Shown: piece by piece, positions 1 to 10,702 of the stretch | Layout of the letters: each line of letters opens with the position of its first letter | Position numbering within the stretch: position 1 is the first letter of the stretch | DNA from: a virus | Lineage: Duplodnaviria; Caudoviricetes | Virus record (IMG/VR): IMGVR_UViG_3300025392_000148 | Location: 1-28,821 of that record | Strand: one strand, 5' to 3' | Length of the DNA: 28,821 nt | Translations under genes and position numbers: made by a program | The notes under the pieces: generated by a model | The model's database searches: none | What the model was told of the DNA's origin: nothing | What the model saw: only the letters and a program-made list of their open reading frames with translations

Positions 1-3000
1 TGTTTAGAGCCAGGACTACCAACAAATACATAGTTGTCGTCGCTACTGATACGTACTGAACTGCCAAACTTAGCATTACTGGTAATAGTATGTGCTACAT
101 TAGCTACGGCATTAGAAGTCCATGGTGTATTAAATGTATATACTCCCCAACCTGTATTGGACTCTTGATTGACCCAAACGTGATCATTATCAATCCAACC
201 ATCCAATGGTGGATCTAGTGCAACAAGATCTGTTACTGTATTAACTCGAGCAGAATTAAGTTTATAAACTGTTCCCGATCCACTGACAGATAGTGCGCGA
301 ATTAGTGTTTGTAATGGACTAATTTCTAAAGCCGATGGCTGTACGTTACTGATCTTAATAGTAACCACTGATGGATGTGCTACACTAACTACTTCGTACA
401 CTCCATCAAATGTAGGATTAAAATACTTTAATACAAAGAAATCACCAGCAACAAAATTATGTGCATAATCAAATTCTAATTGTGCATAAGAATCAAGTAC
501 ATAAGTTAATAATGTTGCATTTAGTTTTGTTTCGTTAACTCGTAATACGTCCCACTGATTATTGTTGTCTTTTGCTATCCAAACTTTATTGCCAGCACCC
601 ATATTGGTAATTGGGTCTGTAAAATTACTGACATTAAAAATCTTATAATCAACATCATCTAAATTAACGTAGCCAACACTTGGTAAATCTGTTGATTGCA
701 CGTCTGTGGTACGGTTAGAATAAATTGATGTACTGGTACTAGATATATTACTAGCATTATAGATATTTGCCAATGTTAAGTTTGCAATAATATCTGAAGT
801 GTTGTAGTTATCTGTTAGACTAAAGGCCACTGGATTGGTATTGAATATACTTTGATCCAATACAAATTCTCGGAAAGTATTACTGTCAACTCCGCCGTAC
901 TGTCCGCCCAAGAATGCCCATTCTTCGTATATATTAATATTACCAGTTACGTTGTCAAAGTTACCTTTAGTTAATGCATTAATAACATTTAACGAACCTT
1001 TTTCTTTGATAAATCCTTGATAGAATTTAGTCTGTGTAGGAATACTAATACCTAAGTCTGTTAAGTATTGACGCTGACGGAATCCAATTAAACCAGCACT
1101 AAACATCTGTACTTCTTCGTTGGTTGGCGGAATATCAATGTCGTAGATATTTTCAAATCGTGATGCCAATGAACCGAAACTAGGCAATAAGCCAGTTTGT
1201 ATATCGCTGGCACTAATTGGCGTCCAAGCTGTCCAACTAAAATCACTGGATGCTAAAATATTTTGATTGGCTGTATAGTAAGACCCGTTGTAGACAACCA
1301 AATCTCCCAGTTGATAGTCAGTATCAACTTGCCAACTTGGTATTACTGGATTACTATAAATGTATCCTGGTGCGCTCAATGCACCAGTCCAAGCACCAGT
1401 CTTAGATCCTGATAATTTTAAACGATTCTGACGTGTACCTTGATTAGGAATATAAACAATATCACCAAAGTCGTCAACGTTATCAAATACTAATACGTGT
1501 TCAAACTGTACTAGATTTAAACGAGCAAAACAAATTATTGATCCATCTAGTGTTGAGATTTTAAATCTGTTTCCATTAACAATATTTTCTAATCTTAGTA
1601 CCGTAAAGTTATTACTCTTGATTGGTAAGAAATCCTGATTTAATAACTTGTTACCGTTGCTCAAGTTATTAATTTCATCAACTACAGTACCGTTGGTTTT
1701 TAAAATTAAATCGTTTGCTGTAGGATTTAGTAAAAGAATGTTACCAGCAGCCCAGCCCTGTTGTCCCCAAGTTAATAATTCTTTAACACTTAATGTCCAA
1801 TTTTGTTGTTCGGATAAATCAGTATTAAAGTTTGAGAATAATAGACCTTGTGATGTCAAATGTCTTTCGTAGCTGATAAGGAAATCTGCTACCTGTTGAA
1901 TTGTAGCATATTCTGTTCCGTAAGGTACAACCTGAATAGTATTTGTACTATCTTGATATATTTGAACAGCTAATTCATTTACCTTAATAGTTTGACTATT
2001 CTTATTAGCAATACTTGGAATAATTGTAAAAAATGGGTTTACATTATCGTAGCCCGATATACTATATCCAGAATCTGTTCTTGTAACAATAACAGCACTA
2101 TAAGTCACTGTTGAAACAGGAACTGATTTACTCAAGTAAATGCTATAGTTGTTGTCAGGAATAATTACACTACCACTGGTAGATCCAGGGCTTGTTTGTT
2201 CTGCACTTACTGTCAACATTGTTTTGTCAGTGAAACCACCAACTTTATAATTTAACTGTACGCTAAGATTATTAAAATATTCTTTCATCTTGGTAACAGG
2301 ATCAATTCCAAGATTTTTAATATTATCAGCAATCCAGTTAATGTATCCGCTGGTGCGGGCTATTGTACCAGTTGAAGAATCGCCATTGACTTGCAATAGT
2401 GATGGTGTAAGTTTTTGATTGTTAAATTCTGAAAATTGACCAGTTTGTGAATTTGTATAGAACTTGCTGATGTCAATTTTTGTAGAAAAATATTTGGCAG
2501 GTTTTGTTAATGCTATTGCGTATTGAATTGCAAAAGGATAATCACTGCTACGACGCCAGGCTGTTTCTGCAGGACCTTGCTGACCAACAGCAAATGCTGC
2601 ATTGGCCAATTGAGTATTATACTGTTTAATCAGTGGAATCTGTGTAGGACTTAAAATATTCCCAGAGTTATCAACGGGAATAAATTTAGACAGACCAGGA
2701 CGTGCAAAGCGTACATCTGTGTACGGCGAGCCATTATTCCAAATGTATCCAGCTTCAAGGTCTTGCCACAGTACATCGTTACTTTTAGTATACGGCGATA
2801 GACCATATCGTGTGTCCCACCAAGAAGGTTTACTACTAAATCCTAACATTTCCCATGGAGTTAAGTTTGGTGTGTCTGTATCAAACCAATATTGATATAT
2901 GGCACGCCAAGATCCCTGTAGGGGTGATCCGTCAACGATGTCTTGGAAATTACTATAATTCCATGTCCAAGGATTGTTAATATCAAATCCAGTGTTTACA

Positions 3001-6000
3001 CTATAATCAATGTTATTAGCACCAACCCAACTTAAAAAGTTTTGTCCAATGATTTCGTTGAATTCTGTCAATGAGTAATCAGTGTCTTTAAATCGTCCAG
3101 GTATTACTTCAGCTAAATCAATCTGTGTACGTGTGTAATCAGCTTTGATGTTATTATAGATACGTGTTTCTAATTCTAATAGATAATCATCACGGAAGTC
3201 GCCAAAGGCCGGAGTAATTGATCCATCGTGTCCGCGGATAACAGTTACAGGAGTTTGGTAAGTATTGTCAACATAAATTTCTGGAACACTCTTAGGATAT
3301 AATCCCAACTTAGTTGGAGTTTCGGGAATATAATTTCCGTCAGTATTAGCATAATCGCGAATTGTAATTGTGTCACCGACTGTAAATGTTTTAGTAAAAT
3401 TAACAGCAGGACTATTTAAACTAAATGTATAATCAATTCCCAATACCTGTTGCTTGCCATTTACATATACAATAATAGCACGATTACTCAATTGAGTATT
3501 ATCAAAAATACTGCTTATCTCATATTGTTGTTGGCGGGCATTAACCACTGTATAGTTAATAGTAGAATAGCTACTGCCTTGTGGCACCATGTCAGAATAG
3601 TACCAAGGAAAGCTACTATTCTTAAGAGCATTAATATTTTGTAGTATGATATCAACACCGGTGGCTGGATTGTTATAATCTAGCATGGACAAGGTTGAAC
3701 ATAGATTTAAAAACTTATTTTTAAATTTAGAATATTCTTTACGTGCCAGTGTTAGTCCATCAATAAAATTAACCAATGGATCATTTAGGAATGTCATTGC
3801 ATAAATCAATGGTGCAGAATGTTGTAATACTGTACCAGTATGATTTTTTAAATAGTTATCCTGTACAGGTATATTACCTGTGGCACTCAATGAGGTATTT
3901 TCAATTAATTTATTGTAGTGTGATCTTAACTGTCCAAGAGTGATTGTTGTAAAATTTTCATTCAGTGGATTAATATCTAAGTTTTTAGGAATTTCATAGT
4001 AGGCCATTGCACTAACAGCGTCACTAAAAATAAAGATATCAATCTTGTCATTTACTGCTACTGATGTATTAAATGCAACAATGTTATGTACACCGTAATT
4101 GGTAATTACATAGTCAGTTGCAGGAGTTAACAATACATTATTCAAATATACTTTGGTATATGGAACATCTGCTTGACTGTTTGGTAGTATGTCGATCTGT
4201 ACAAACGGTTTTTGTACTCCATCTATTTCTAATACATAGCCATCAAAAAATTTACTAAACACTTGATATTGTTTAGTTGATTCTTTATTAACTACCCAAT
4301 TGTTTAATCTTGCTGTTTCTGTGGTACCGGTACTCTTAGATAAGTAGCCCGAGTTGCAATTAACCGTTACAGTTTTTAAATTTAGTGTATAGGTAAAAGT
4401 ATCTGAGTCATAAAAATTAGCAAATACAATATCGCCAATGTTGTTAAAATTTCTATAACTTAACGGAAATCCAAGTATGGCATCATTGGTTCCTGTAACT
4501 GAAGGATAGCCAAAGAATTTTGTACCAGCAAATGTAGAATCAGGGTATACTGTTGTGTCAGCAAAACTAAAACCATTAGCATCAACTAGATCAAATAATG
4601 GAGCTTGGTTTAATCCAGTTTTGGCTTGACATAAAGTCCATTTAGTTCCATCAAAACTGTATGTTGATCCTGCGTGTGTACCCGATGTTACTAGAACATT
4701 CTGATTAGCCAATACTGGATCATCTGTAGTTTCAATTAAAGTAATATAGTCGGTATTATTAATACGCTGAATTTCAACTTGCCATACTTCATTTAATATT
4801 GTTGTATCAGCGTCGTTGGCAAAAATAATACGATCGCCATTGACTAATATGTGACCATCAATGCTGGCTGTGATTTTTCCTTCAATGTCGTTAAATGCAT
4901 CTGAAGGTGTCAGTACAATATAATTAACACTAGTTTTTGCCTGTAGACCATAATTCATTAATCGTAAGTTTGGTTCAAACTCAATGATAGGGCGGCGTCC
5001 AGGTATGCCCGGACCATAGTCTGCATCAGTATTGTTATATAATGCTGTGGCATTAATTACATCAGTGTGGAACCAATAATTACTACGAGTCCAAGGATTT
5101 AAATTTTCACTGGCTCGACTGATAGTAATATAATCAGCTGAAGTTGGTAATAGTTGGCTAAAGGATTCGGGTACTACCATTTGTGAAACTGGTATTAGTG
5201 CAATAGCTGTTCCAACTCCCTCAACATAGTATTGATTATTAGCATAGGTACTAGGAACTACTGTGCTGTCAAATTGAACTTTTAGTCCGTTGGTAAATTT
5301 TACACCATTTGGACTAGTATATCCAACAGCACCAATGATGTCTTGTACAATATTAATAGGAGTTGATTCGTTATCAACTAGTTTGATAATACCAAAAAAG
5401 TCAGGATTATTACTGTCTTGATAGTATAGATAATCTTTAGTTGCTGTAATTGGCGGAACTGTTTGATAGTTATAGTTATTATCTAACCAAAATTCTGATG
5501 ATGCGTATTGTTTACCTGAACTAATAAAGACTTTTTGTTGAGGTGCAATAACAATAGTTGGTAGCAATGAAATTGTATAATCATTGCCTGTTGGCACTAA
5601 TACAATTTTCCAAATACCAGTGCGAGCAGGACTAGCAATAGTTGTTCCACCAACTGTCCAAAAACTATCATCTATGTCGTTGTTGACAAATACAAAAGTT
5701 TTGTTATGTAGTTGGTTATTTACACCGTCAAAGCCTTGAGGATACGCTGTTAAGAAATCGCTTAATAGCTGTCCTTGTATTTGATTGTAGTGTAAATTTG
5801 TTGCTGCATCAACACTGGCCTTAATTGGCATGTTGATATAAAAATCTTGTGCTGTCTTTAAAGGAACTTTAAATGTTACCTTGCCATTGGATGCACCATT
5901 ATTAACTACGCCAAACACTTGACGTGTACTTAGACTGGTTACATTTGAATCTGTTCCAGCAACACCCGGTTGGCTTTGAATCCAGAACTGACTGTCTTGA

Positions 6001-6575
6001 GCAACATCAAATGTGTATGTGCCACCGCGTGCCATAGTTATTTGTAAATTAGGGTGTACACCTAATCCGCTGAATACATATCCGCCAATATCGGTGTTGC
6101 GAGTAACTGTATATTCCGCTGAATACGGAACTTGATTTGAGTATACGTTAACTGGAGCAGGACCGCCTGGTAACCAGTGATAGTTATAGTAGTTTACAAA
6201 CTTGTCGTAGTCAAAGTGTCCGTCGTAGCTGTAACTAGTTGCAGAAAACAAACGCTGATGGTCATTGGTAAATCCATTGTATCGCTCAATGCTGTTTAAT
6301 AAATCGATGTATCCTGAATTAAATTCAATTTGACCATTGTTATTTTTTACAACCACACTTGATTCAAGTTGATAGTTACTTCTTTTTGCTGATGTCTCAG
6401 GAACATAGTTATCACTGAATTTAAATGTAGGAGCAACTGTACGACCAATGTAACCATTCAATGGCACATTGATTGGATCAGTTGCCAATTGATCTACTGT
6501 AGCACCAAGAAAGCGTTGATTAGTCGCTGTTTGGAATACTGGTGGTAAAAAATTGATTGTGCTAACTAAGCTCAT
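1..6575 (-). CDS. Very large virion structural protein (baseplate/tail-associated), >2190 aa, C-terminus runs off the window start
   Basis: ATG at 6575 overlaps the upstream TAA (TAATG). It begins MSLVSTINFLPPVFQTATNQRFLGATVDQL. The same frame reads sensibly at ~1330 (IPSWQVDTDYQLGDLVVYNGSYYTANQN) and at the window edge (KFGSSVRISSDDNYVFVGSPGSK, FG-GAP-like). Its absence from the ORF track fits having no stop in the window. It is the last gene of the baseplate operon. Confidence 0.85.
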   Translation of the reverse strand, partial: MSLVSTINFLPPVFQTATNQRFLGATVDQLATDPINVPLNGYIGRTVAPTFKFSDNYVPETSAKRSNYQLESSVVVKNNNGQIEFNSGYIDLLNSIERYNGFTNDHQRLFSATSYSYDGHFDYDKFVNYYNYHWLPGGPAPVNVYSNQVPYSAEYTVTRNTDIGGYVFSGLGVHPNLQITMARGGTYTFDVAQDSQFWIQSQPGVAGTDSNVTSLSTRQVFGVVNNGASNGKVTFKVPLKTAQDFYINMPIKASVDAATNLHYNQIQGQLLSDFLTAYPQGFDGVNNQLHNKTFVFVNNDIDDSFWTVGGTTIASPARTGIWKIVLVPTGNDYTISLLPTIVIAPQQKVFISSGKQYASSEFWLDNNYNYQTVPPITATKDYLYYQDSNNPDFFGIIKLVDNESTPINIVQDIIGAVGYTSPNGVKFTNGLKVQFDSTVVPSTYANNQYYVEGVGTAIALIPVSQMVVPESFSQLLPTSADYITISRASENLNPWTRSNYWFHTDVINATALYNNTDADYGPGIPGRRPIIEFEPNLRLMNYGLQAKTSVNYIVLTPSDAFNDIEGKITASIDGHILVNGDRIIFANDADTTILNEVWQVEIQRINNTDYITLIETTDDPVLANQNVLVTSGTHAGSTYSFDGTKWTLCQAKTGLNQAPLFDLVDANGFSFADTTVYPDSTFAGTKFFGYPSVTGTNDAILGFPLSYRNFNNIGDIVFANFYDSDTFTYTLNLKTVTVNCNSGYLSKSTGTTETARLNNWVVNKESTKQYQVFSKFFDGYVLEIDGVQKPFVQIDILPNSQADVPYTKVYLNNVLLTPATDYVITNYGVHNIVAFNTSVAVNDKIDIFIFSDAVSAMAYYEIPKNLDINPLNENFTTITLGQLRSHYNKLIENTSLSATGNIPVQDNYLKNHTGTVLQHSAPLIYAMTFLNDPLVNFIDGLTLARKEYSKFKNKFLNLCSTLSMLDYNNPATGVDIILQNINALKNSSFPWYYSDMVPQGSSYSTINYTVVNARQQQYEISSIFDNTQLSNRAIIVYVNGKQQVLGIDYTFSLNSPAVNFTKTFTVGDTITIRDYANTDGNYIPETPTKLGLYPKSVPEIYVDNTYQTPVTVIRGHDGSITPAFGDFRDDYLLELETRIYNNIKADYTRTQIDLAEVIPGRFKDTDYSLTEFNEIIGQNFLSWVGANNIDYSVNTGFDINNPWTWNYSNFQDIVDGSPLQGSWRAIYQYWFDTDTPNLTPWEMLGFSSKPSWWDTRYGLSPYTKSNDVLWQDLEAGYIWNNGSPYTDVRFARPGLSKFIPVDNSGNILSPTQIPLIKQYNTQLANAAFAVGQQGPAETAWRRSSDYPFAIQYAIALTKPAKYFSTKIDISKFYTNSQTGQFSEFNNQKLTPSLLQVNGDSSTGTIARTSGYINWIADNIKNLGIDPVTKMKEYFNNLSVQLNYKVGGFTDKTMLTVSAEQTSPGSTSGSVIIPDNNYSIYLSKSVPVSTVTYSAVIVTRTDSGYSISGYDNVNPFFTIIPSIANKNSQTIKVNELAVQIYQDSTNTIQVVPYGTEYATIQQVADFLISYERHLTSQGLLFSNFNTDLSEQQNWTLSVKELLTWGQQGWAAGNILLLNPTANDLILKTNGTVVDEINNLSNGNKLLNQDFLPIKSNNFTVLRLENIVNGNRFKISTLDGSIICFARLNLVQFEHVLVFDNVDDFGDIVYIPNQGTRQNRLKLSGSKTGAWTGALSAPGYIYSNPVIPSWQVDTDYQLGDLVVYNGSYYTANQNILASSDFSWTAWTPISASDIQTGLLPSFGSLASRFENIYDIDIPPTNEEVQMFSAGLIGFRQRQYLTDLGISIPTQTKFYQGFIKEKGSLNVINALTKGNFDNVTGNINIYEEWAFLGGQYGGVDSNTFREFVLDQSIFNTNPVAFSLTDNYNTSDIIANLTLANIYNASNISSTSTSIYSNRTTDVQSTDLPSVGYVNLDDVDYKIFNVSNFTDPITNMGAGNKVWIAKDNNNQWDVLRVNETKLNATLLTYVLDSYAQLEFDYAHNFVAGDFFVLKYFNPTFDGVYEVVSVAHPSVVTIKISNVQPSALEISPLQTLIRALSVSGSGTVYKLNSARVNTVTDLVALDPPLDGWIDNDHVWVNQESNTGWGVYTFNTPWTSNAVANVAHTITSNAKFGSSVRISSDDNYVFVGSPGSK

Positions 6576-9500
6576 TAAAATGTTCCTACTAGGTTATTGC
6601 CAAGATTTAATTGTGCAGCTGTTACTGCAGTTACAATATCAATGTCATTTACTGTTGCAGCACTGGTAATAATTTCCCAAGGTTCAGAGTTGATTTGGAA
6701 ATAGTTACCGAAGACCAAATCATTACTGGCTGGAACGATAAGAATACTACTGATGTTTGGTGCTAGTGTTGTATGCAAATATGCAGCCAATTCACTGAAG
6801 TAAAAGGAATCACCAAAGTCCCAATTACTTACATCAAAGTATTTGTTAATTGCAGCAATAACCTGCGTTTTAATTTCGTTATCAGTTACACCCACTGCTG
6901 GATTTTTAACAATTTGGAAACGTGCTCGTAAACTTGGATCGGCTTTAGCACCAAACAAAGGTTTAAAACGTGCAGGATTATAAACAATAGTATCACTCAT
7001 AGCCTTGAAGTTATCAAGTGTGCTGTACTCAATTTCTAAACTACTTGAAGTAGGTGGAGTAGGCTGAACTATTGTGCCAGTTAAATCACGAAGCCAATTG
7101 GTATAATCAACAGTATAAGCATTTGTTAAAATGTACAAGTCAATAATGTTAATTGGTGTTGGGTCAATGCGACTACGTGCTGGCGCATTATGTTTATATT
7201 GGAAATATAAATTGTTGCGACTTGATGAAGAGTTGTTGCCTGGTATTGGGCCAACAATGTCAGTAAACATAGTTGGGAAATCAGGAACACCTAACATTTG
7301 TGTTTCTGGACTCTTGACTAAAATAGTTGATGTATCAACATAACCGTCAGGTTGTGTTACGTTATTGTAAATTTGCCAAACTATATCTTGCCCAATTGGT
7401 GTATTGGTATTTGGTAAAGTGTTAATTTTTAAAATCTTAATAAGATCATTAACTGTTGTTCCAGTTGCAGAATTATACACACGCGATTGCGGATTAAAAT
7501 AGAATTTAGTTTCGGATGCACTGGTCAATGCATAGTTAATAACTCGATACTGTATAGTATACAATCCTTGATTGTAGGTAAATTTCAATACCCAATCAGT
7601 AGAAGGGTTATTAATATCTGCTGGCAGTACGTTTGCCCAAGTTTGATTAACTTGATCATAGACTAGACCAAAATTGGTTTTAGCCTGTATCTGACTTACC
7701 ACAGTAGAAATTAAACTGCTGCTTAAATTATTTTTGTATGGGGGAATAATGGCATTAGCACCCATTAAATTGCTGTCAGTTAAAACAGCACCAGTTGGTA
7801 CAACTGAAGCAAAAGTAATTAAGTTAGGAGTGTTTACATCATTGCCGTTGACTGTACTTTTTACTGTGGCAAATGTTGCTCGATTATTATTTACAAATTG
7901 TAAACTTGCACCAGTGGCAACGTATTGTAAATTAGTATTTGTTCCAGCACCAACTTGCTGTGTGTTACCGGCATATTTTAAATATCCACTGCTGGTTGAA
8001 GTACTACTTGCAGTTTGTACAAATGTCAAGTTGGCAAAAGGACTACTATAAGATGGGTATGTACCATAATAGTAGTTACGTACTTCTGTACTGTCAATGA
8101 TAGGAATTATTTGATTATAAATTGCCGAGTAAATGTCGTTGACAGTTAAGAAACTAAATGTAGTTGACGCTGCAGTATTGTTTGCACTTAATATTCCATC
8201 ATCAGAGAAAATATTAGTAGTGGAGAATGTACTAGTTGGATTGATTGCATCCAGATATAAACTTACGCCAGAACTTGTACGATTAACTGCTTTAATCTTT
8301 TGGATATTGGTAAATGATGTTTGAGGGAAGATATTATAATCTTCGCCGGTGATCATACGGTTTTGAGTATAGTACTGTTGCGGAGCACTTGATTTAATAC
8401 TTGATAAACTTGGTGCCGCATTAGCATTGGTTACTGTGTATTTTAAACTGGCAGTAACAGTTAGGGTTTCAATAGTATTCTTTTTGCTAATGTAACTAAA
8501 TGCAATAGTAACACTTGACATATCATCTGGACTGATAGTATAAGTTGTTCCGTTACTTGTACGATAGTAAAATTTAAATTTGCCTTGCGGAATATTACTA
8601 AAACTGCCATCGCCAAACACTAGGTTAACTTGGTCATTGACCAATGTATTAACTTGATATAGATTTTTCTCTGACATGTTGTTGAATACAACATTCACGC
8701 CAGGTAGTGAAGGAACTTGAGACCATTTAGTAGATGGGTTACCATTAACGTCTAATGCATATAACCATTGGTCGCCTGTGGTAATATTATTTGTAGCAAC
8801 CTGAACATAGTTGTTGGGAATTGCGTTGGTAATATTGAATGTAGTAGAATTCAAACTGCCTTGTTTAAAATAAACAAAGAATCCAGTGTTGTTACTACCA
8901 TTGCCATTATTGTCATTACGATAAAGAATATTGAATACACCGTTGTGTGTTGGGTCAGATTCGTAAATGTAACTTTTTCCAACACTGGTACCACTAACTG
9001 CTTCAAATCCCATAGCAGTTCCGTTAACGGTTACTGCAAAAGCAGCAACAGGTAAAGTGTTAGGGTTTAAATTAATACTGTATTCGTCAGTTTGAATACC
9101 GTTGATTGCCTGACTATTTCCAGGTTTACCAAAAGCTTCGCTGGAAATCATACTGGCATTAAGTATGGCAGTAAATTGTTCCATCCAATTGTCATTGGTT
9201 AAATCATTCCAGTGTACAGTTACATTGGATAAATTTAAACCGTTGCTGTCAGCAATGGCCTCTGTTGTTTTAACGCTGTCAAATTTTAGCAGTCCACTAG
9301 ATGCAGTTGTACGTTGTGGATTAAAGGCCAGCATACGAGCTAGTTTTAATATACTGTCACGACGCTGTGCTGTGTCAATAAAGTTTTCGCGGGCATTTAG
9401 GTCGGCACGGAAAGCCAAACTTTGACCTAAAAAAGCAACCATGTCAATTAATGCCAAATATTCACTAGATTCTAAGAAATCATTAAATGACTCTGGATAG

Positions 9501-9640
9501 TAGGTCTTTAAATAATTAATCATACTGTTACGAAGTGTTTCAAAGTCGTAACTAGTAAAGTCAGCGTTTGTAAATGTTTGGTAAATCTTAGTCCAGTCTT
9601 GCTGAACTAAAAGATTTGTTTGACGTGTGGTTTGTGCCAT
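6575..9640 (-). CDS. gp6: Baseplate wedge subunit, T4 gp6-like (1021 aa)
   Basis: N-terminal DFTSYDFETLRNSMINYLKTYYPESFNDF...ENFIDTAQRRDSILKLARMLAFNP, internal LVFGDG and APQQYYTQNRMITGEDY, and C-terminal WDFGDSFYFSEL are gp6/baseplate-J-type motifs. It lies next to the gp25-like gene. Confidence 0.85.
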   Translation of the reverse strand: MAQTTRQTNLLVQQDWTKIYQTFTNADFTSYDFETLRNSMINYLKTYYPESFNDFLESSEYLALIDMVAFLGQSLAFRADLNARENFIDTAQRRDSILKLARMLAFNPQRTTASSGLLKFDSVKTTEAIADSNGLNLSNVTVHWNDLTNDNWMEQFTAILNASMISSEAFGKPGNSQAINGIQTDEYSINLNPNTLPVAAFAVTVNGTAMGFEAVSGTSVGKSYIYESDPTHNGVFNILYRNDNNGNGSNNTGFFVYFKQGSLNSTTFNITNAIPNNYVQVATNNITTGDQWLYALDVNGNPSTKWSQVPSLPGVNVVFNNMSEKNLYQVNTLVNDQVNLVFGDGSFSNIPQGKFKFYYRTSNGTTYTISPDDMSSVTIAFSYISKKNTIETLTVTASLKYTVTNANAAPSLSSIKSSAPQQYYTQNRMITGEDYNIFPQTSFTNIQKIKAVNRTSSGVSLYLDAINPTSTFSTTNIFSDDGILSANNTAASTTFSFLTVNDIYSAIYNQIIPIIDSTEVRNYYYGTYPSYSSPFANLTFVQTASSTSTSSGYLKYAGNTQQVGAGTNTNLQYVATGASLQFVNNNRATFATVKSTVNGNDVNTPNLITFASVVPTGAVLTDSNLMGANAIIPPYKNNLSSSLISTVVSQIQAKTNFGLVYDQVNQTWANVLPADINNPSTDWVLKFTYNQGLYTIQYRVINYALTSASETKFYFNPQSRVYNSATGTTVNDLIKILKINTLPNTNTPIGQDIVWQIYNNVTQPDGYVDTSTILVKSPETQMLGVPDFPTMFTDIVGPIPGNNSSSSRNNLYFQYKHNAPARSRIDPTPINIIDLYILTNAYTVDYTNWLRDLTGTIVQPTPPTSSSLEIEYSTLDNFKAMSDTIVYNPARFKPLFGAKADPSLRARFQIVKNPAVGVTDNEIKTQVIAAINKYFDVSNWDFGDSFYFSELAAYLHTTLAPNISSILIVPASNDLVFGNYFQINSEPWEIITSAATVNDIDIVTAVTAAQLNLGNNLVGTF

Positions 9641-9660
9641 ATATAATTACCCTGTATTCA

Positions 9661-9669
9661 GTATTTATC
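9661..9669 (-). promoter_or_regulatory. Putative late promoter (GATAAATAC; T4 TATAAATA-like)
   Basis: ATAAATA core about 20 nt upstream of the gp6-like ATG. The same core recurs before other structural genes, and a gp55-like sigma factor is encoded in the window. Confidence 0.65.
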
Positions 9670-9689
9670 AGGTATAATTATATGGTCAG

Positions 9690-10067
9690 TTAATTAGTGG
9701 TTAGGGTATTAGTGTTACGATCAAAGTTTAAATTGATCGTTTCTGTTTGATTTGTAGGAACGTAGCTTAAAGTTAATTGCACTAAAAAGCCAGTATCTTG
9801 CTGTGTTACTGCTACTTGGCCTACACGTAAACGTGGGTCATAGTTGATAATTTTTGTAATGTCGTTGGTAATTAACTGTTGAGTAGTTTCATCTAGGGGT
9901 TCGAATAACATATCCCAAATAACAGTACCAAAGTTTGGTTGCATTAGTTTTTGACCTTTGCGTATGCTAAAATAATTGATCAAGTCTTGTTTAGCCAACT
10001 CGTAATCAGTTAGTGTAAAATTTTTAGCACGTTGTTTTGTACTGAATCCGCGATATATAATAGCCAT
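9690..10067 (-). CDS. gp25: Baseplate wedge subunit, gp25/GPW-like (125 aa)
   Basis: LAKQDLINYFSIRKGQKLMQPNFGTVIWDMLFEP...IINYDPRL matches the gp25 signature (GER..P.FG..L...LFEP....EPR). Confidence 0.9.
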   Translation of the reverse strand: MAIIYRGFSTKQRAKNFTLTDYELAKQDLINYFSIRKGQKLMQPNFGTVIWDMLFEPLDETTQQLITNDITKIINYDPRLRVGQVAVTQQDTGFLVQLTLSYVPTNQTETINLNFDRNTNTLTTN

Positions 10068-10071
10068 AAAT

Positions 10072-10080
10072 GTATTTATT
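10072..10080 (-). promoter_or_regulatory. Putative late promoter (AATAAATAC), probably giving a near-leaderless gp25 mRNA
   Basis: The minus strand reads TAATAAATACATTTATG. The motif overlaps the upstream stop and lies 4 nt before the ATG, with no Shine-Dalgarno sequence. Confidence 0.6.
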
Positions 10081-10702
10081 AACCTAAAACTGTGACTGCG
10101 TAACGTCCGCTATTGAAGGAGTTAATACCATCGCCTAGTGCAGAATATCGCCACGAATAAGCATCTGCAACTCCCAGTGTCCAACCAACATAAATCATAC
10201 CAGCAACTATGTCAGCGGTATCTGTTGAAACAATGCCGTAGTTGGCAATTAAACCAGTATAGATATCTAGTATTAACTGATAAGCCAAATGCTCTTGGCT
10301 TGCTATGCTGGTTAGAAATCCATTTAAACTTGTAATATTGTAATTGTAGTCTGCATAAGAATTTGAATTTTTTCTTATGGTAATTGGGCGCCAGCAGGTA
10401 GAGTAGTTTACGCAATCTGTACCATAGTGTAGGTTTGAGCCTGGGGCTAGTAGTCCGTATGTTTCCAACATTTTAGTACTAAACTGATATCTGCCCAATT
10501 GATTATCGGTGCCAATTAAAGAATAGTCCCATTGACTTAGGTCATAACCAATCTGTGCTTGTAAATTTTTAATATTTGTAGCAGTCAATTGAGGAATAGT
10601 TAGAACTGTTGGACTTAATGGTGCGTCGGCACGACCTAGCCAACTAATTGGTAAAGGTTTAGCAACTGCTTTGCCGATGGCATTTCTAAATCCGCTGTCC
10701 AT
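10079..10702 (-). CDS. Baseplate-associated protein with a lysozyme-like fold (possibly degenerate)
   Basis: QAQIGYDLSQWDY...NQLGRYQFSTKMLETYG resembles the ES.G.Y...LG.YQF motif of phage lysozyme-like domains. It is coupled to the gp5-like gene by TAATG. Confidence 0.5.
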   Translation of the reverse strand: MDSGFRNAIGKAVAKPLPISWLGRADAPLSPTVLTIPQLTATNIKNLQAQIGYDLSQWDYSLIGTDNQLGRYQFSTKMLETYGLLAPGSNLHYGTDCVNYSTCWRPITIRKNSNSYADYNYNITSLNGFLTSIASQEHLAYQLILDIYTGLIANYGIVSTDTADIVAGMIYVGWTLGVADAYSWRYSALGDGINSFNSGRYAVTVLG

